Assembly (NCBI GenBank): GCA_964304625.1
Contig: OZ199838.1
Coordinates: 13,025,843 to 13,089,842, forward strand
Source: Kudoa neothunni
Lineage: Eukaryota; Animalia; Cnidaria
Direction: 5' to 3'
Length of the DNA: 64,000 bases
Shown here: positions 42,319-53,956 of the stretch, one piece after another
Layout of the letters: each line of letters opens with the position of its first letter
How positions within the stretch are numbered: the stretch's first letter is position 1
The notes under the pieces: model-generated
Told to the model about the DNA's origin: nothing
Database searches by the model: none
The model's input: the letters and a program-made list of their open reading frames with translations, nothing else
Position numbers and translations under genes: made by a program

Positions 42319-45300
42319 TCAAATCAAATTAAGCTTTTTCTTTACATTGCTTACAATACTTTGATCATTCTCCTAAGAGTGAATATACATCAACAATGAA
42401 AATACACACTGATACTACCTTGGACGACATGTCATGACCTTTGAGGCGTTTCACATAATTACGTGTGGCTTGTTTACGCGACTCAGGAGAGGTAGAATCA
42501 ATACGAAAAACAACAGAAGGATTCACTTCACGATCATTGCTGAGGATTTTAGTTGGTGTTGAGGTACCACTATTACTCTTATCACAGCCTGAAATAGTGG
42601 TTAATTTCTAAGTAATTTATGTTATAACCACCATTAAGATTTGTCACAACTCATACAATGGGGTTGTTAGTTAGAATGGGGGTTGTATCTGGTTGAATTT
42701 GATTCGAAATAGTAATAAGAGTAGGATCAGCCATCACCATTTTCTTCTCCCTGATGTTTTTATCACAATCTTTCACATTCTAAACCAACGTTAGCATATC
42801 CAACAACCATAGATCCATGGATGTACCGAAATATGGCGTTTGATTGATCGTCTAGTTTTTGGGAGTGATGGGAGATTTTCAATTTGAAGTTCTCTAACAC
42901 GCTGTTCCATACGATAAGCATATTCTCTGGCTTCTTCGTACAGACGTCTGAACGACATCTCAGACGGAGAATCTACACGAATGGACACTTCAGCCGTTGG
43001 AGTTGTACCACTGCGATTGTGACTATGAGGAGAGGCGGGATTTTTGTTCGGGGTTGATTTTTTCACAGGTGTAATAACAGCGTTGGAGGTTGTATCATAG
43101 CAAAATGTCGATGCATTATTCATGGTAGTATCATTCATGGATTTGTCGTTCTTGAGAGCTTTATTGTGTAGTTTTGCGGTGATCATACTAATTTCATCTT
43201 TGAGACCGAAATTCTCATGTCTCAGTTTGCGAACAATTTCTTCTTTGAATTGAATTTCATCACGCAAAAGTTTTATACGAGTATTGTTGCGTTCAATTTT
43301 TCTTGTGTATCGTTCCACAGTGGATTCACTGTTGACCAATTTTTCTTTGAGCTCATTCACCTGCCGATTCAACTCAATATATATAGGTTCATCACAAATC
43401 GAACGATTTTCCAACTTTGACAGCTTATCTTCGTTCTCACATATTATACTATGCAATGAGCTGATTTCAAGAGTCAATTTGGTATGATCTTCTATTTTAG
43501 ATTCCAATTCTGTCATTTTTTCAATTAACTGATTTTTAATCGTTTCCAACTCATTCTCCAATTCCACAATTCGGTTGTTATTTTGGTCCAGTTTCAACAA
43601 ATGGTCAGTGATTTGGTTTTGTTTGTCGCTAATAATATCTTCTAATTGACAGATTTTTTCATTGAGAGAATCAATCTCTTGTAGATGCAGCTGTATAGTG
43701 GTGTTATCCTTGTTGGACAACTCTTCCAGCTTGTTGTTGTATTGTTGTTTAAGTTGGTTGGCTTCTTCGGTTTTTCGTTGAAGTTCCGCTTCGAGCGAGA
43801 CCAACAACGAATTTTGATCGTTGGTGGTCTCATTCAGTCGTTCATCCATCAACTCTTTATAGTACTCTTCCAGCCTCAGTAGTTTATTCTTGTACAACTC
43901 AATAATGTTGTTCTTTGTGTTGATCAAGTGTTTTTTGTATTTGTTTTCGATAGATTTCATCATGTGAGAGCTCTCTTCAAAGCACTCACGTCTAATCTTA
44001 GCTTCAATTACATGCTTTTCACTTTGTAACATTTCAACATTCTTCCGGAGATATTTGATCTGTTGAATCAGTTCACTTGAGCTCATTGCGTGGTAATCTT
44101 GAGTGCCGCTGGCGGCTGTGGTAGCGGCCAAAATACTGTTGCAGTTTGAAAGATTCATTTCCAACAAACTGACCGTCATTGGCCGAGTAAGCGCTTCCAT
44201 AGTGAGTGCAGAAAATCTCAACACATTCAATGTCTCATCGAAACAATCAAAATTGGTGCCAATATTGGCGAACAAATTGATATTGGAATGGCTGAGAAAG
44301 AACGGCTGAAGAAGCCGTGTCAATTTACTCTCTCTAAATGGAACGATGGCCGAACTGTTTGACTTTCTGTTCTGACGCAACACTTCTATACACTTGCCCA
44401 AAACTAATAAGGACAAATTGATGTTCGAAGCCTCTTTGAAGCGAGGACCTTCGTTGTGAGCTTTAGAAGGTCGTTCCGAACCAGCCAAATCCACAAAACA
44501 CATCTCATGACTTTTAGTGATTATTTCATTGGGAAGGTGATGCACTTTCACCAACTTCAATCCGTAGATTACATGACTACGACTCGACTGCATATTAAGA
44601 TTCGTCATGGCAACTTCACGTTGTATCGTTCCAGCTTTAAGAACACTCAACGCTTCGTCGATATCTTTCACCAACACAAAAGTGAGATCTTTAATATAGC
44701 TGAATCCGTTGGAATCGGTTCCAATACTTAGGGGAGATTTTTTGAGGGAAGGTTTCAGTTTGTTGATCAACTTGGTGTTCAACAAGTCGAATATTTTCTC
44801 ATTGTATATCTCAGCAGCAGACACATAAATATAGTAGGTGGTTGGGATATTGTCATCAACACTATCCAACAATTTGTTGCTCAGGGCGGAAGTGTGTGTT
44901 GGCAGCGATGCGTTCGAAGTTGAATGTTTCAAGTGGAGAGTTGATGTGGTAGCAGCAGATGCAGTATTCACCGACAACAAGTCTTGTTTCATTAGATTCA
45001 TATCTTTAATGATTGTTGACGATGTGTGAACAACACCATTAAAAAATTCTGGTTTGTAATGGGGAACTGCAGACACCGAGTTGGGATCAATAGTAGCAAA
45101 CACTGTAGACAATGTGTTATGGAGTAGACCAGGTTGTTCATTGTCACCAACCAATGTAAACGTTTTCCCGCTATTCGTAACCCCATAGGTGAACACTAAA
45201 CAATTGTATCCATCCAAAAAATGTTTGACAGATGGCAATATAGAATTCTCGTATAGAGAATTTTGATCGATATCTTCGTTGAAAATTCGAGTAAATTTAA

Positions 45301-45523
45301 ACCGATGTGTTTGTTCGAATGTGCTCATCCGTTGAGAGGTTCTATAAGCGTAGGTATCTGATGGTGGTTCCACTGTCAAATCCACATCATTTTCAATAAT
45401 GAAAGAGTTTGCACAACTCTGCTCATCCAAGCAACTTGGACGAAATCGGAGATAAACTTTCACAGCATTTTCATTCGAATCCAACATATCATCACATTTT
45501 TTATCCACATTAGGTTCGTCCAT
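42319..45523 (-). CDS. Kinesin-6 family motor (KIF20A/B-like)
   Basis: VKVYLRFRP; P-loop YGVTNSGKT; long loop-6 insert; SSRSH; DLAGSER; VPFRESKLTRL; long coiled coil. Exon 1 spans 45523-42827, followed by three small exons to TGA at 42319. Confidence 0.93.
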
Positions 45524-46353
45524 CACTTACAACGGTTAGAGCTGCTAGCGGCAACAAGATGGAAAGGATTTTACAGTTAATCCAGCGGGTAAACGATCAC
45601 TTCCGGATTATTTTAACATCTAGATCCAACATAAATTGCTCCTTACATTTAGTATATTTTAATTCTTTTGGATTTTTTGCTTTGTATTTTAATTGGATTT
45701 TGTCTATATATACTAAGTCGCTCCTAATTCACATCCAAGATTAGACGCCAGAATTATTTTATAATCCCATGGTATTTAATCAGAACGGGCGGCACGCTGT
45801 AAAATAACACTAAACTCAAAGGCCAATACTTTTGTTAATACCACAAATATTTTATATCGAACTACCGCAAAAGTGATTCTTATAAAATGAATTAATATCG
45901 AGGTTTAATAAACTGCGCTTTACGATATTTTTAAATTGTTAGTGAGTTCTCATGATGTTTAACAGTTACTAATAAAATCCGTTTTAATTAAATAAATAGT
46001 TTTGATCACTTTATGCTTTATAACAATTTAATGAGATATGGGTACGTTATTTAGTATGGAATTTTTGTAAATACAAAGAATTTACGTTCGGCGTAGTTAT
46101 TAAAATCATTTTCAAATAACGGTTTCGGTTTACTCCAGCTATTATCTGCGAGTGAAATTTGTTATTAATTTAATAGGATTAAACTAGATGATAATATTTA
46201 TTAGGAAATTGTTGATATTAATCTACTAAATAAAAATATGAGGTAATAATTGTGGTTTATAATAATAAAACATGAAAATAGCCATTACCGAATTATCTAA
46301 ATAGACCTCTTAATTAGCTATCTCTTTTGTTTTTAAATTTAAAAAGTTTAGAC

Positions 46354-47409
46354 CGGAAGTCCTTAAGCTAGGGTCCGTAGATGAACCTAGGGGAGTATGT
46401 GAGTGATTTCAATAAAATATGAATCCGAATATACCAACATACATTCGTTATAGTTAATTATTTTTGGGCATTAATGTAATTATTAAAAATATTAAATATG
46501 CCCTTGCGTTATTTTATCTTATAAATATTTTATATTTGTTACAGAATCTCCCTGCGTTATCGTTTATTTTGTAAAAAGACTTATAGAAACAAACTTGATT
46601 TAATATATTATTGGATAAAAACTAAAAATTTCCAAAAGATATTTTGTAACGCTGCAGACCATGCGATTAGAATGATTACTCCGTTTAAATCAGCCTATTT
46701 TTGCTAATCGAGATTTTCCACGCTAGTTACCATAAAAACAGCCATGAAATCGCTTATATGCATGTTTCTCTTCAAAATACTTTGTCAAATTTCCATGAAC
46801 TTTTTGATGAAAAACAACTACAAAAATAATATTAAATATTCCTTTAATGTTAATTATTATAAATGAAAATATGTTTTTTCTATTAAATTGGCATTATAAT
46901 ATATAATAGTCCATTCTTTTTTTCTTTTTCATGATATTAAAAAAATAATTAACGAAAATAGAGATTTGATATAACAGAAAGATTTAGATTATTATAAGAG
47001 CATCTTTCATTTGAAATTTTTCGATTGATTTTATTTTTAAATGTTTAAACATGTACATATACATTAATCCGACAAATTTCATTGAATTTTTTCCCCAAAA
47101 TATATGCGTCACTCTTTATACTTTTTCGGAGTTTTAATAATTAATTATTAATATAATTAAGGGAAGAACTTCAACGTTGTTAATTTTTTGTTGTAATACT
47201 TAAAATAATTAGTATATATTTTAAAACAAAACTATTACATAATTAATTTATATAAAAAATATTCTAATAGGATTGGGGATTTTAGATAAACGGTTTCAGT
47301 TAAAATATTTATATATAAATTTGGATTACGCGTTAAAACAAAATGAGGTCTGTTTTACGTCTATCGAACACATTAAGGGTCTGTAAGAAAGAAAGGTTAA
47401 GAGCCGCTG
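46354..47409. mobile_element. Possible old hAT MITE
   Basis: Right end AAAGGTTAAGAGCCGCTG is hAT-like. Left end cggaagtccttaagct and the TSD (gtttagac/atttgaac) are degenerate. Confidence 0.35.
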
Positions 47410-47502
47410 ATTTGAACTCTTGTCTTTAATAATAGCTGGACATGGAAACTTTATTCAAATATCATATCAAACATAAAATGAAAATAAATAAATTGATGTT
47501 TT

Positions 47503-48943
47503 TTACATTAACTTAGTTTTCTTTATATCAGTGGGTCCATCCTCCAATAATTGATGTTTTTGAAGGTTAACTTGAATATTAATAGAAGTTTTACCAAAAA
47601 ATGAAATTTCCGCACAATACATCGTTTTATTCGGAGCCACTTTCCGCACTTGATGCATGGAGATATCTTTGATTTGAAGGAAATGAAAATTTGTTCTTAC
47701 AAACGAGTGAAATTCAGTTGTAGAAAATCCTTTGGAGTCTAAATTATCATCGTAATTGCTATTTGGCTGAGCTTGTGACACGGTTGAACCTTCCCTAATG
47801 AAGCAGTAACAATGAACAATGGGAAACATTTTGATTTTTGATATATCCAAAGACGAGTTATTGCCATAAGCATTATCAATATTTTTCAAAAATAACGCCG
47901 CTTTAGCAGGCAAATTCATGACAAATATAATTTGAGTAGAGTAGCTATTTGGGGAGGAGTACAACTTGTCAATTATCCAAGGAATGTATTCTTCGGCATC
48001 CATACATTCAACATTAACCCGATCTTCCACCTAATAATTAATATTAATAATAGACAAACCATCAGACATTAATATTATTAACAAAATTTAGAAAATACTT
48101 TATTCAGTTTGCAATTTGACTTTAATGCATCGATACTATCAGGATTGGCATCGTTAGCGTAAACAACGCAGTTTAAACTAACGGCAGCCGGAATAGCGAA
48201 AGGACCCACTCCAGCAAACACATCTACCAACACAGATCCTGATGGCAATGATTTCACAATTCTTTTGTGCTCGTTTTCCAATTTTGAATTCCAGTAAACC
48301 TTCCTATAGTTGAACTTGAATTTACAAGATTGTTCTTTCACTGTCACATCGAAATCGTCAATTCCGGCCAAAATTTCAATTGCAGCATTTCGAAATTTGT
48401 TATCTATCGTTTTTACTTTGTTTACTACCGTTTTAATGGTTGAATTTTTGTCCAGAATTACTTTTCCTGCAACAAAAAATTAGATATGCATTAATCCACA
48501 TACATATTACCAATAATCTTTTTGTAGGGCAGTTGTTCATCTCTTAAATTCATATGAGCAATGTGGCCAATAGTTTGGAAAGATGATGGACGTTCCATGT
48601 TCTCAGGAAGTAGCAAATTATATACCTCGTCAATATGCATATTTTCATAATTTAAAGTGAAATTTTTTTTATCAAGTTGCAACTTCGAACCTATGACCTG
48701 TTCGATTTCATTTATTAATTTAGTTTGTTGAATGACACTAGCGTAAAATATAAACAGTTTATTGTCGTCATGATCAGTGTCATTGTTTTGGAAAGGGTTT
48801 TTGAAATGGGGTAATTTTACGAAATATGACTTAAGTTTTCCAAGCACAAACTTACGCCAGCAAGGTGCCACAGCCAATGTTACGAATTCTTTTTCTAATT
48901 TAAAATTATTTGGATCAAACAATTCCTCGCAACCCCCCATCAC
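47503..48943 (-). CDS. TRMT5: tRNA (guanine37-N1)-methyltransferase; the N-terminus may extend to ~49048 through indels
   Basis: SFQTIGHIAHMNLRDEQLPYK; TVVNK; KFRN; VYWNSKLENEH; DVFAGVGPFAIP; ANDANP; VMNLP; VRKVAPNKTMYC; two introns. Confidence 0.95.
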
Positions 48944-50125
48944 ACGTTGTTAAGGACACTCCACGCAGTCTCAATAGCAATCACATGGTGGTTCGATTCG
49001 TCCTGAAACTCCCTTGTTTATTGATTCATGATCCATATATTGGATCATTTTTTTAAATTATTCAAACGATGTAGAATTATTGAAAAACACAAAATGTTAA
49101 AGACCTAATAAATCTATTCCACCAATTAATTTCATTATTCTCATAAAAAGATTAAAGAATCACATTGATTACTTTAAAAGAAAAATGTGAAAAACATTTT
49201 AAAAATTTTGACGAATACAATGACAAAACTACACATTAGGATTAGGGGAAATTTCTCCAGAGCATGCGCAGAGGAGTGTTAAGCTGGTATACAAAGGAAG
49301 ATTTTTAAGAGACAAAGGCGTTAAGTACAACTAGAAAAACGAAATCATAAATTTAATTAAAGCTTGCTGTTTTTAATCATAACAACTCTTGTTTAAGATT
49401 TATGTGTAGAGTTATTTTTTTGATAATCTTCTATCTTTGTTATCAGTGACTCTAAAGAGTAAACAAGTTGACCAAAAATAATAAATATAGCAAGGTTATC
49501 TATCGCAATTTATAAAATCATTTCGAATACTGAAGGCTTCCACTATTCGCCCATCCCAAAGCCAGATTTATGCGCTTGCGCTAATTATGAGGTTAATCCA
49601 TTCAGGTTTTCTATCACAGAAACTTCCATATATTTGTATTGTATTATAATTTTATGAGAAAAAGAGATTTTTAATATAGAATATATAACAAATAAGTAAC
49701 TAAAGCTTCCTAACAATAATATGATGAAAATTCTCGCCAAGAGGTAAATAAAATATATAAATTCACTTAATTTATATTGGTTATAATTCTTTATTTGATC
49801 GTTTAAAAATTTATAAATTCGATATATTATTTCATATATTTTGAGTTAGTTTATGACCAACTAAGATTTAAAAACTTCGATAATATAATATTGAGGTTTC
49901 TAGTTATAAACTATATTTAACGGAGTTAATGATCTATTTAATAATTTTATAATTAAAGAAATTATATTTTATAATTTCGACCATTTTTATCTAAAGTAGA
50001 AAAACCTCATGTCGTCTATTACTCTAAAGGTGATTTTGTAATAAATATTCAATTTATTTATCTAAAAAATTTTTAATCCTTAGTTTAAATAGTGTTTTCT
50101 AAAATAATAATACTAGATAAACATA

Positions 50126-52145
50126 CAGTCAGTGACCGGTTTTACGTAATCCCCTCGGGACCATGGAAAAAGTGCGTAAAATTGGTCACGTCCGGTTTTA
50201 CGTACTTTTATGCGCGCGCGTCAGAATGAAAATATTCAATTGTTTATTAAATAACGTAATTAGAATGCGCCAATTTGGGATAGTATAGTGTTTAATCATT
50301 TTTTAAATGGAAGTAATCAGTTATTTTTGATTGAGTAAGGTTCCTTGAAATTATGTTGATTGTATCTTCTTCTAACGAAGCTAAGATGGCCGATCGATCA
50401 TCTTTATGAAATTTGTAGAATATTTTTAACTCCTTCAAATAAATCAAAGCCTTCTGACATGATATTGGATTTCTTTCCAAAATATCAATTTTTTCACAAT
50501 TCGCTTCATCATCACTATAATCATCACTCTCTACATAAAGTTAATATATATAAACTCGAAAATTTATCACCTAAAGCTGAAGACTCATCGAATTTTTCAG
50601 AATATAGGGTTTGGACCATATTGATATTCTCTATTGAAGCTTCGTCGGCAATCATATCCTCAATTTCTTCTTGTAATATATTTGGATGAGTTATGTCACA
50701 TATTTCAATAAACTCTTTGTCGGGTGATATCAAAATGCTGTTAGCTTTGACAGGGACCGGTTGTCGAGATGAAAACCCAGCTTTTTGAAAGCAATTTATG
50801 ATGGTGGATACGCTTACACATTCCCACGCTTGTTTAATCAACATCATCGCATCTAAAATGGTTGGTGGAGTTGGTTCTAATCCCACCTCAATACATGAAA
50901 TATATTTTTTGATCATTTTCCTCTTATATGCACATTTGAATGAGTGAATAATCCCTTGATCTAGGGGTTGCAATAAACTAGTGGTATTTTTGGGTAAAAA
51001 GATCAGCTTTATGTTACTGAATAGTTTTTTTTGGTGAGAGGTTGCATTATCTAAAAAAATTAGAACATTTTTATTTTTTTTCGTGAAAATAGAATTGATT
51101 TTAGTTAGATATCTTAGGAAGATTTCACTAGTCATCCAAGACTTCTTGTTGGATTCATATAAAACTGGAAGGCTATTTATATTTTTAAAGCATCTGGGCT
51201 TTCGACTAGGTCCAATAACCAAAGGTTCAAGTTTTTCTCCGCTTAGCGATGCACCCAACAAAACAGTCATTCGTTTTTTAGACTTTCTTGTTCCCTTTGT
51301 ATGACTTTCTATGGAGCTTACATAACTTTTACTTATATAAAATATGCAAGTATGACAAATGGAAAAATATACCTCGTTGTTGTTGATAAAACAGCGCGGT
51401 TTCATCTATATTATAGATACAATCATCAATATATCCTTCACATAAGTTTTTAAGTTGAGAAAGCCATTCAGAACTTGTACATGGGTCAATGTCAGCCGCT
51501 TCGCCATGGAAATTTATTTTTTTGAGATTAAATCTCGATTTAAAACATCGAAACCAACCGTATGTTGCATTTGATGGTAAATTCTTTTCTCTGGCAATTT
51601 CGTTTCTCTTATCAATGATGTCGGTGGCAGTTAATTCAATTTTTTTTGATCGCACCCAGCATATCCAATTATAGACACATTCATCGAGGGAAATATTGGT
51701 GCCATCATTTAGATTTTTTCTATTTTTACAAACCAATCCCCCCTCCAACATTTCTATAATTTTCTCTTCATTTTTTAAAATGCCATTAAGAGTGGATATT
51801 GTTGATATATTAAAATGTTTTATAGTAGCAACCTTCGCACCTCTTGAGGTGATTCCATGAAAATATTTAATAATTTTATATTTCTCTTCAATTGTTCTAT
51901 TCTTAGATTTATTTTTATTAGCCATTTACGTCACTTTTATGAAAACTATAAACCAATTTGGTCAGAAAAGGTGCGTAAAATTGGCAAATCACGTGATATT
52001 TTGATTGCAAAATTTAGGTGCATATAAAGTTTTTTCATTGAAATTTATAAATAAATGTGTTAGTAAATATATTATTTATTTGTTCATGATATAACTTGTA
52101 AAATAAATGCGATATTTAAAAGTACGTAAAACCGGTCACTGACTG
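50126..52145 (-). mobile_element. Full-length pogo/Tigger DNA transposon
   Basis: Perfect 23-bp TIR CAGTCAGTGACCGGTTTTACGTA; TA TSD on both sides. Confidence 0.95.
50292..51925 (-). CDS. pogo/Tigger transposase (CENP-B-type HTH plus DD29D), with two introns and one frameshift
   Basis: GWFRCFKSR; YNIDET; FLDNATSH; LPKNTTSLLQPLDQGII; C-terminal PIP box QSKITDYF; introns at 51332-51372 and 50531-50570. Confidence 0.9.
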
Positions 52146-52751
52146 TATATAAGTTGATATAGAAACTTATGGAAGGACAAAAATATTGTTTCACATTCGG
52201 ACGCCGAGAACCTTTTATGGAAAAATTGTTTGATATATGAATGATAAAACTATTTAATAGCTATACTATATTTTTATTAGAAAGTTGACATTAAATTGTA
52301 TATTTTCTACTAATTCTATTAAAAAAATGAGGCAATCTTTTTTGATTTTAAAGCGACCCAAAAAATTTTAATGGGTTAAAGGTGATTTTACAAAAACGAG
52401 AGATTAATACGTCGAAAAGATTTTGATTTATAATTTTTTATATTATTTTCATAAAAAAACTTTATTCACGCGTATATTCACCTGATATAGAAAAAATTAT
52501 AATAAAATAATCCTCGTGATTGAACGTGAAAAGATTCAAACGCGCAAATTTTATGATAAATCGATGAAAAAAATATTGATAATATTTATTTTATCAATAT
52601 AATTTTAAAGTACAACTTTAGAATGTATTATTGTTCAAAAATTCACCTCACTAAATAAATATCAGAGTTTTTAGTGTGGCAAACGACACATAAAACTTAA
52701 AAGGTTAATTTTAATAAGTTATTTTCTGTTTTTCACTAATGAAATTTTTAA

Positions 52752-52825
52752 CCTTCCAAGCGTTTCTGGGTCAAATTGACCCCAAAGGCACCAAGTGTAT
52801 AGTCGATTTTGAAGCGCTCGGAAGG
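52752..52825. mobile_element. 74-bp piggyBac mini-element
   Basis: TTAA|CCTTCCAAGCG ... CGCTCGGAAGG|TTAA, with a single internal palindrome GGGTCAAATTGACCC. Confidence 0.9.
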
Positions 52826-53040
52826 TTAAAGATAACGAAAAATAAAAGTCTTATTCTAAAAATTTATAATAATATTTTTTAAAACATTAATTTTAACTTT
52901 CTAAATAAAATAAGGCAGATTTCTACCCCAAGTGAATCTTGCCAACAATATTATAGTGTATAGATGGGACATAATTCCTCGCCACCTTTTGTAATCTTTT
53001 ATCTTAACAGAAACTTTCAGAAAAATGAGTTGATTTTTTT

Positions 53041-53280
53041 TAGGCGCTGGCTATTGACACGGAAGTTTTTAATCCAAAATGGCAACGACGCATGCGCACC
53101 ACCCACTTTTAATCCCAGTGACTTCTATTTATGGTAGATTTATAAGGTCCTTTTTCTAGAATCTGCTGTATTTAATTATTTTTTGCCCATCACTAACGCT
53201 CCTAGGGGCAAAAAATAATTAAATACAGTCTAAACTATACCTACCTGGATATTGTTATCCGTGTCAATAGCCACTTCCTT
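53041..53280. mobile_element. MITE family A, best-preserved copy
   Basis: TIR core TGGCTATTGACACGGA / TCCGTGTCAATAGCCA; internal inverted repeat ctgtatttaattattttttgccc / gggcaaaaaataattaaatacag. Confidence 0.75.
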
Positions 53281-53709
53281 CCGCGGGGTTAATGAGACAT
53301 GGGCGCGCATTAAAAAAATTTCCTACTTAAAGGAATGTTCACTTGATTAATAAGATAATTTTTACTATTTATCAAGTAAAATATTTTAACTTCTGCCAAT
53401 TAAATTTAAAACGTTGAAAAATCTATTAACTAAGAATATGGAGACGTAATGGAAAAACAGTACATAATTATGGCAGTTTTTACACGTCTACAGAGGAGTA
53501 ACCTATTTTTTTAAATAATCGATAATTAGTGTTTGTTTAGTCTACACACAGGCATGTGTTCTGATATAGCACAAATTTATATAAGAACTGGGTGTATAAC
53601 TTATGTTTTACAAAAAAATTTATTAATAAATAACCTACAAATATTTTTTTTAAATATTGCATTGGCATATATGCTATATCGTAAATATCGTGCAGTGATG
53701 GGTGGTACT

Positions 53710-53768
53710 TTTATCCGGAAATATGATTAAATAGTTGTTCCGGTGTCCGGATAATCGAGGTTCGACTG
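53710..53768. mobile_element. Right end of a family B pogo-type MITE
   Basis: TCCGGATAATCGAGGTTCGACTG|TA matches the end of 17832-18464; left end not located. Confidence 0.6.
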
Positions 53769-53956
53769 TATACAGGTGCCGTTTAATTCTAAACAAAACT
53801 TTAAAAAATTTTCATGCGCACCATTAAACACGCGAAAATGAAGAATTTTTATTTATTTTCATTTTTTCAAAGAAAAGAGTCAAATAAAATTATCCGATTC
53901 TAGAATGAAAAATCGAAACTCATCATTATTTTTCATGCGCAGTCATCCTTTATGTG

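Noticed and set aside
43217-45186. Short antisense and alternate-frame ORFs over the kinesin (likewise over QSOX, the kinase and SMG6)
   Set aside because: Shadow ORFs of real coding sequence, with no motifs.
21728-48943. Mitochondrial gene operon (carrier, CLYBL, NDUFA6, TRMT5)
   Set aside because: Mixed strands, large TE-filled gaps and unrelated intervening genes.
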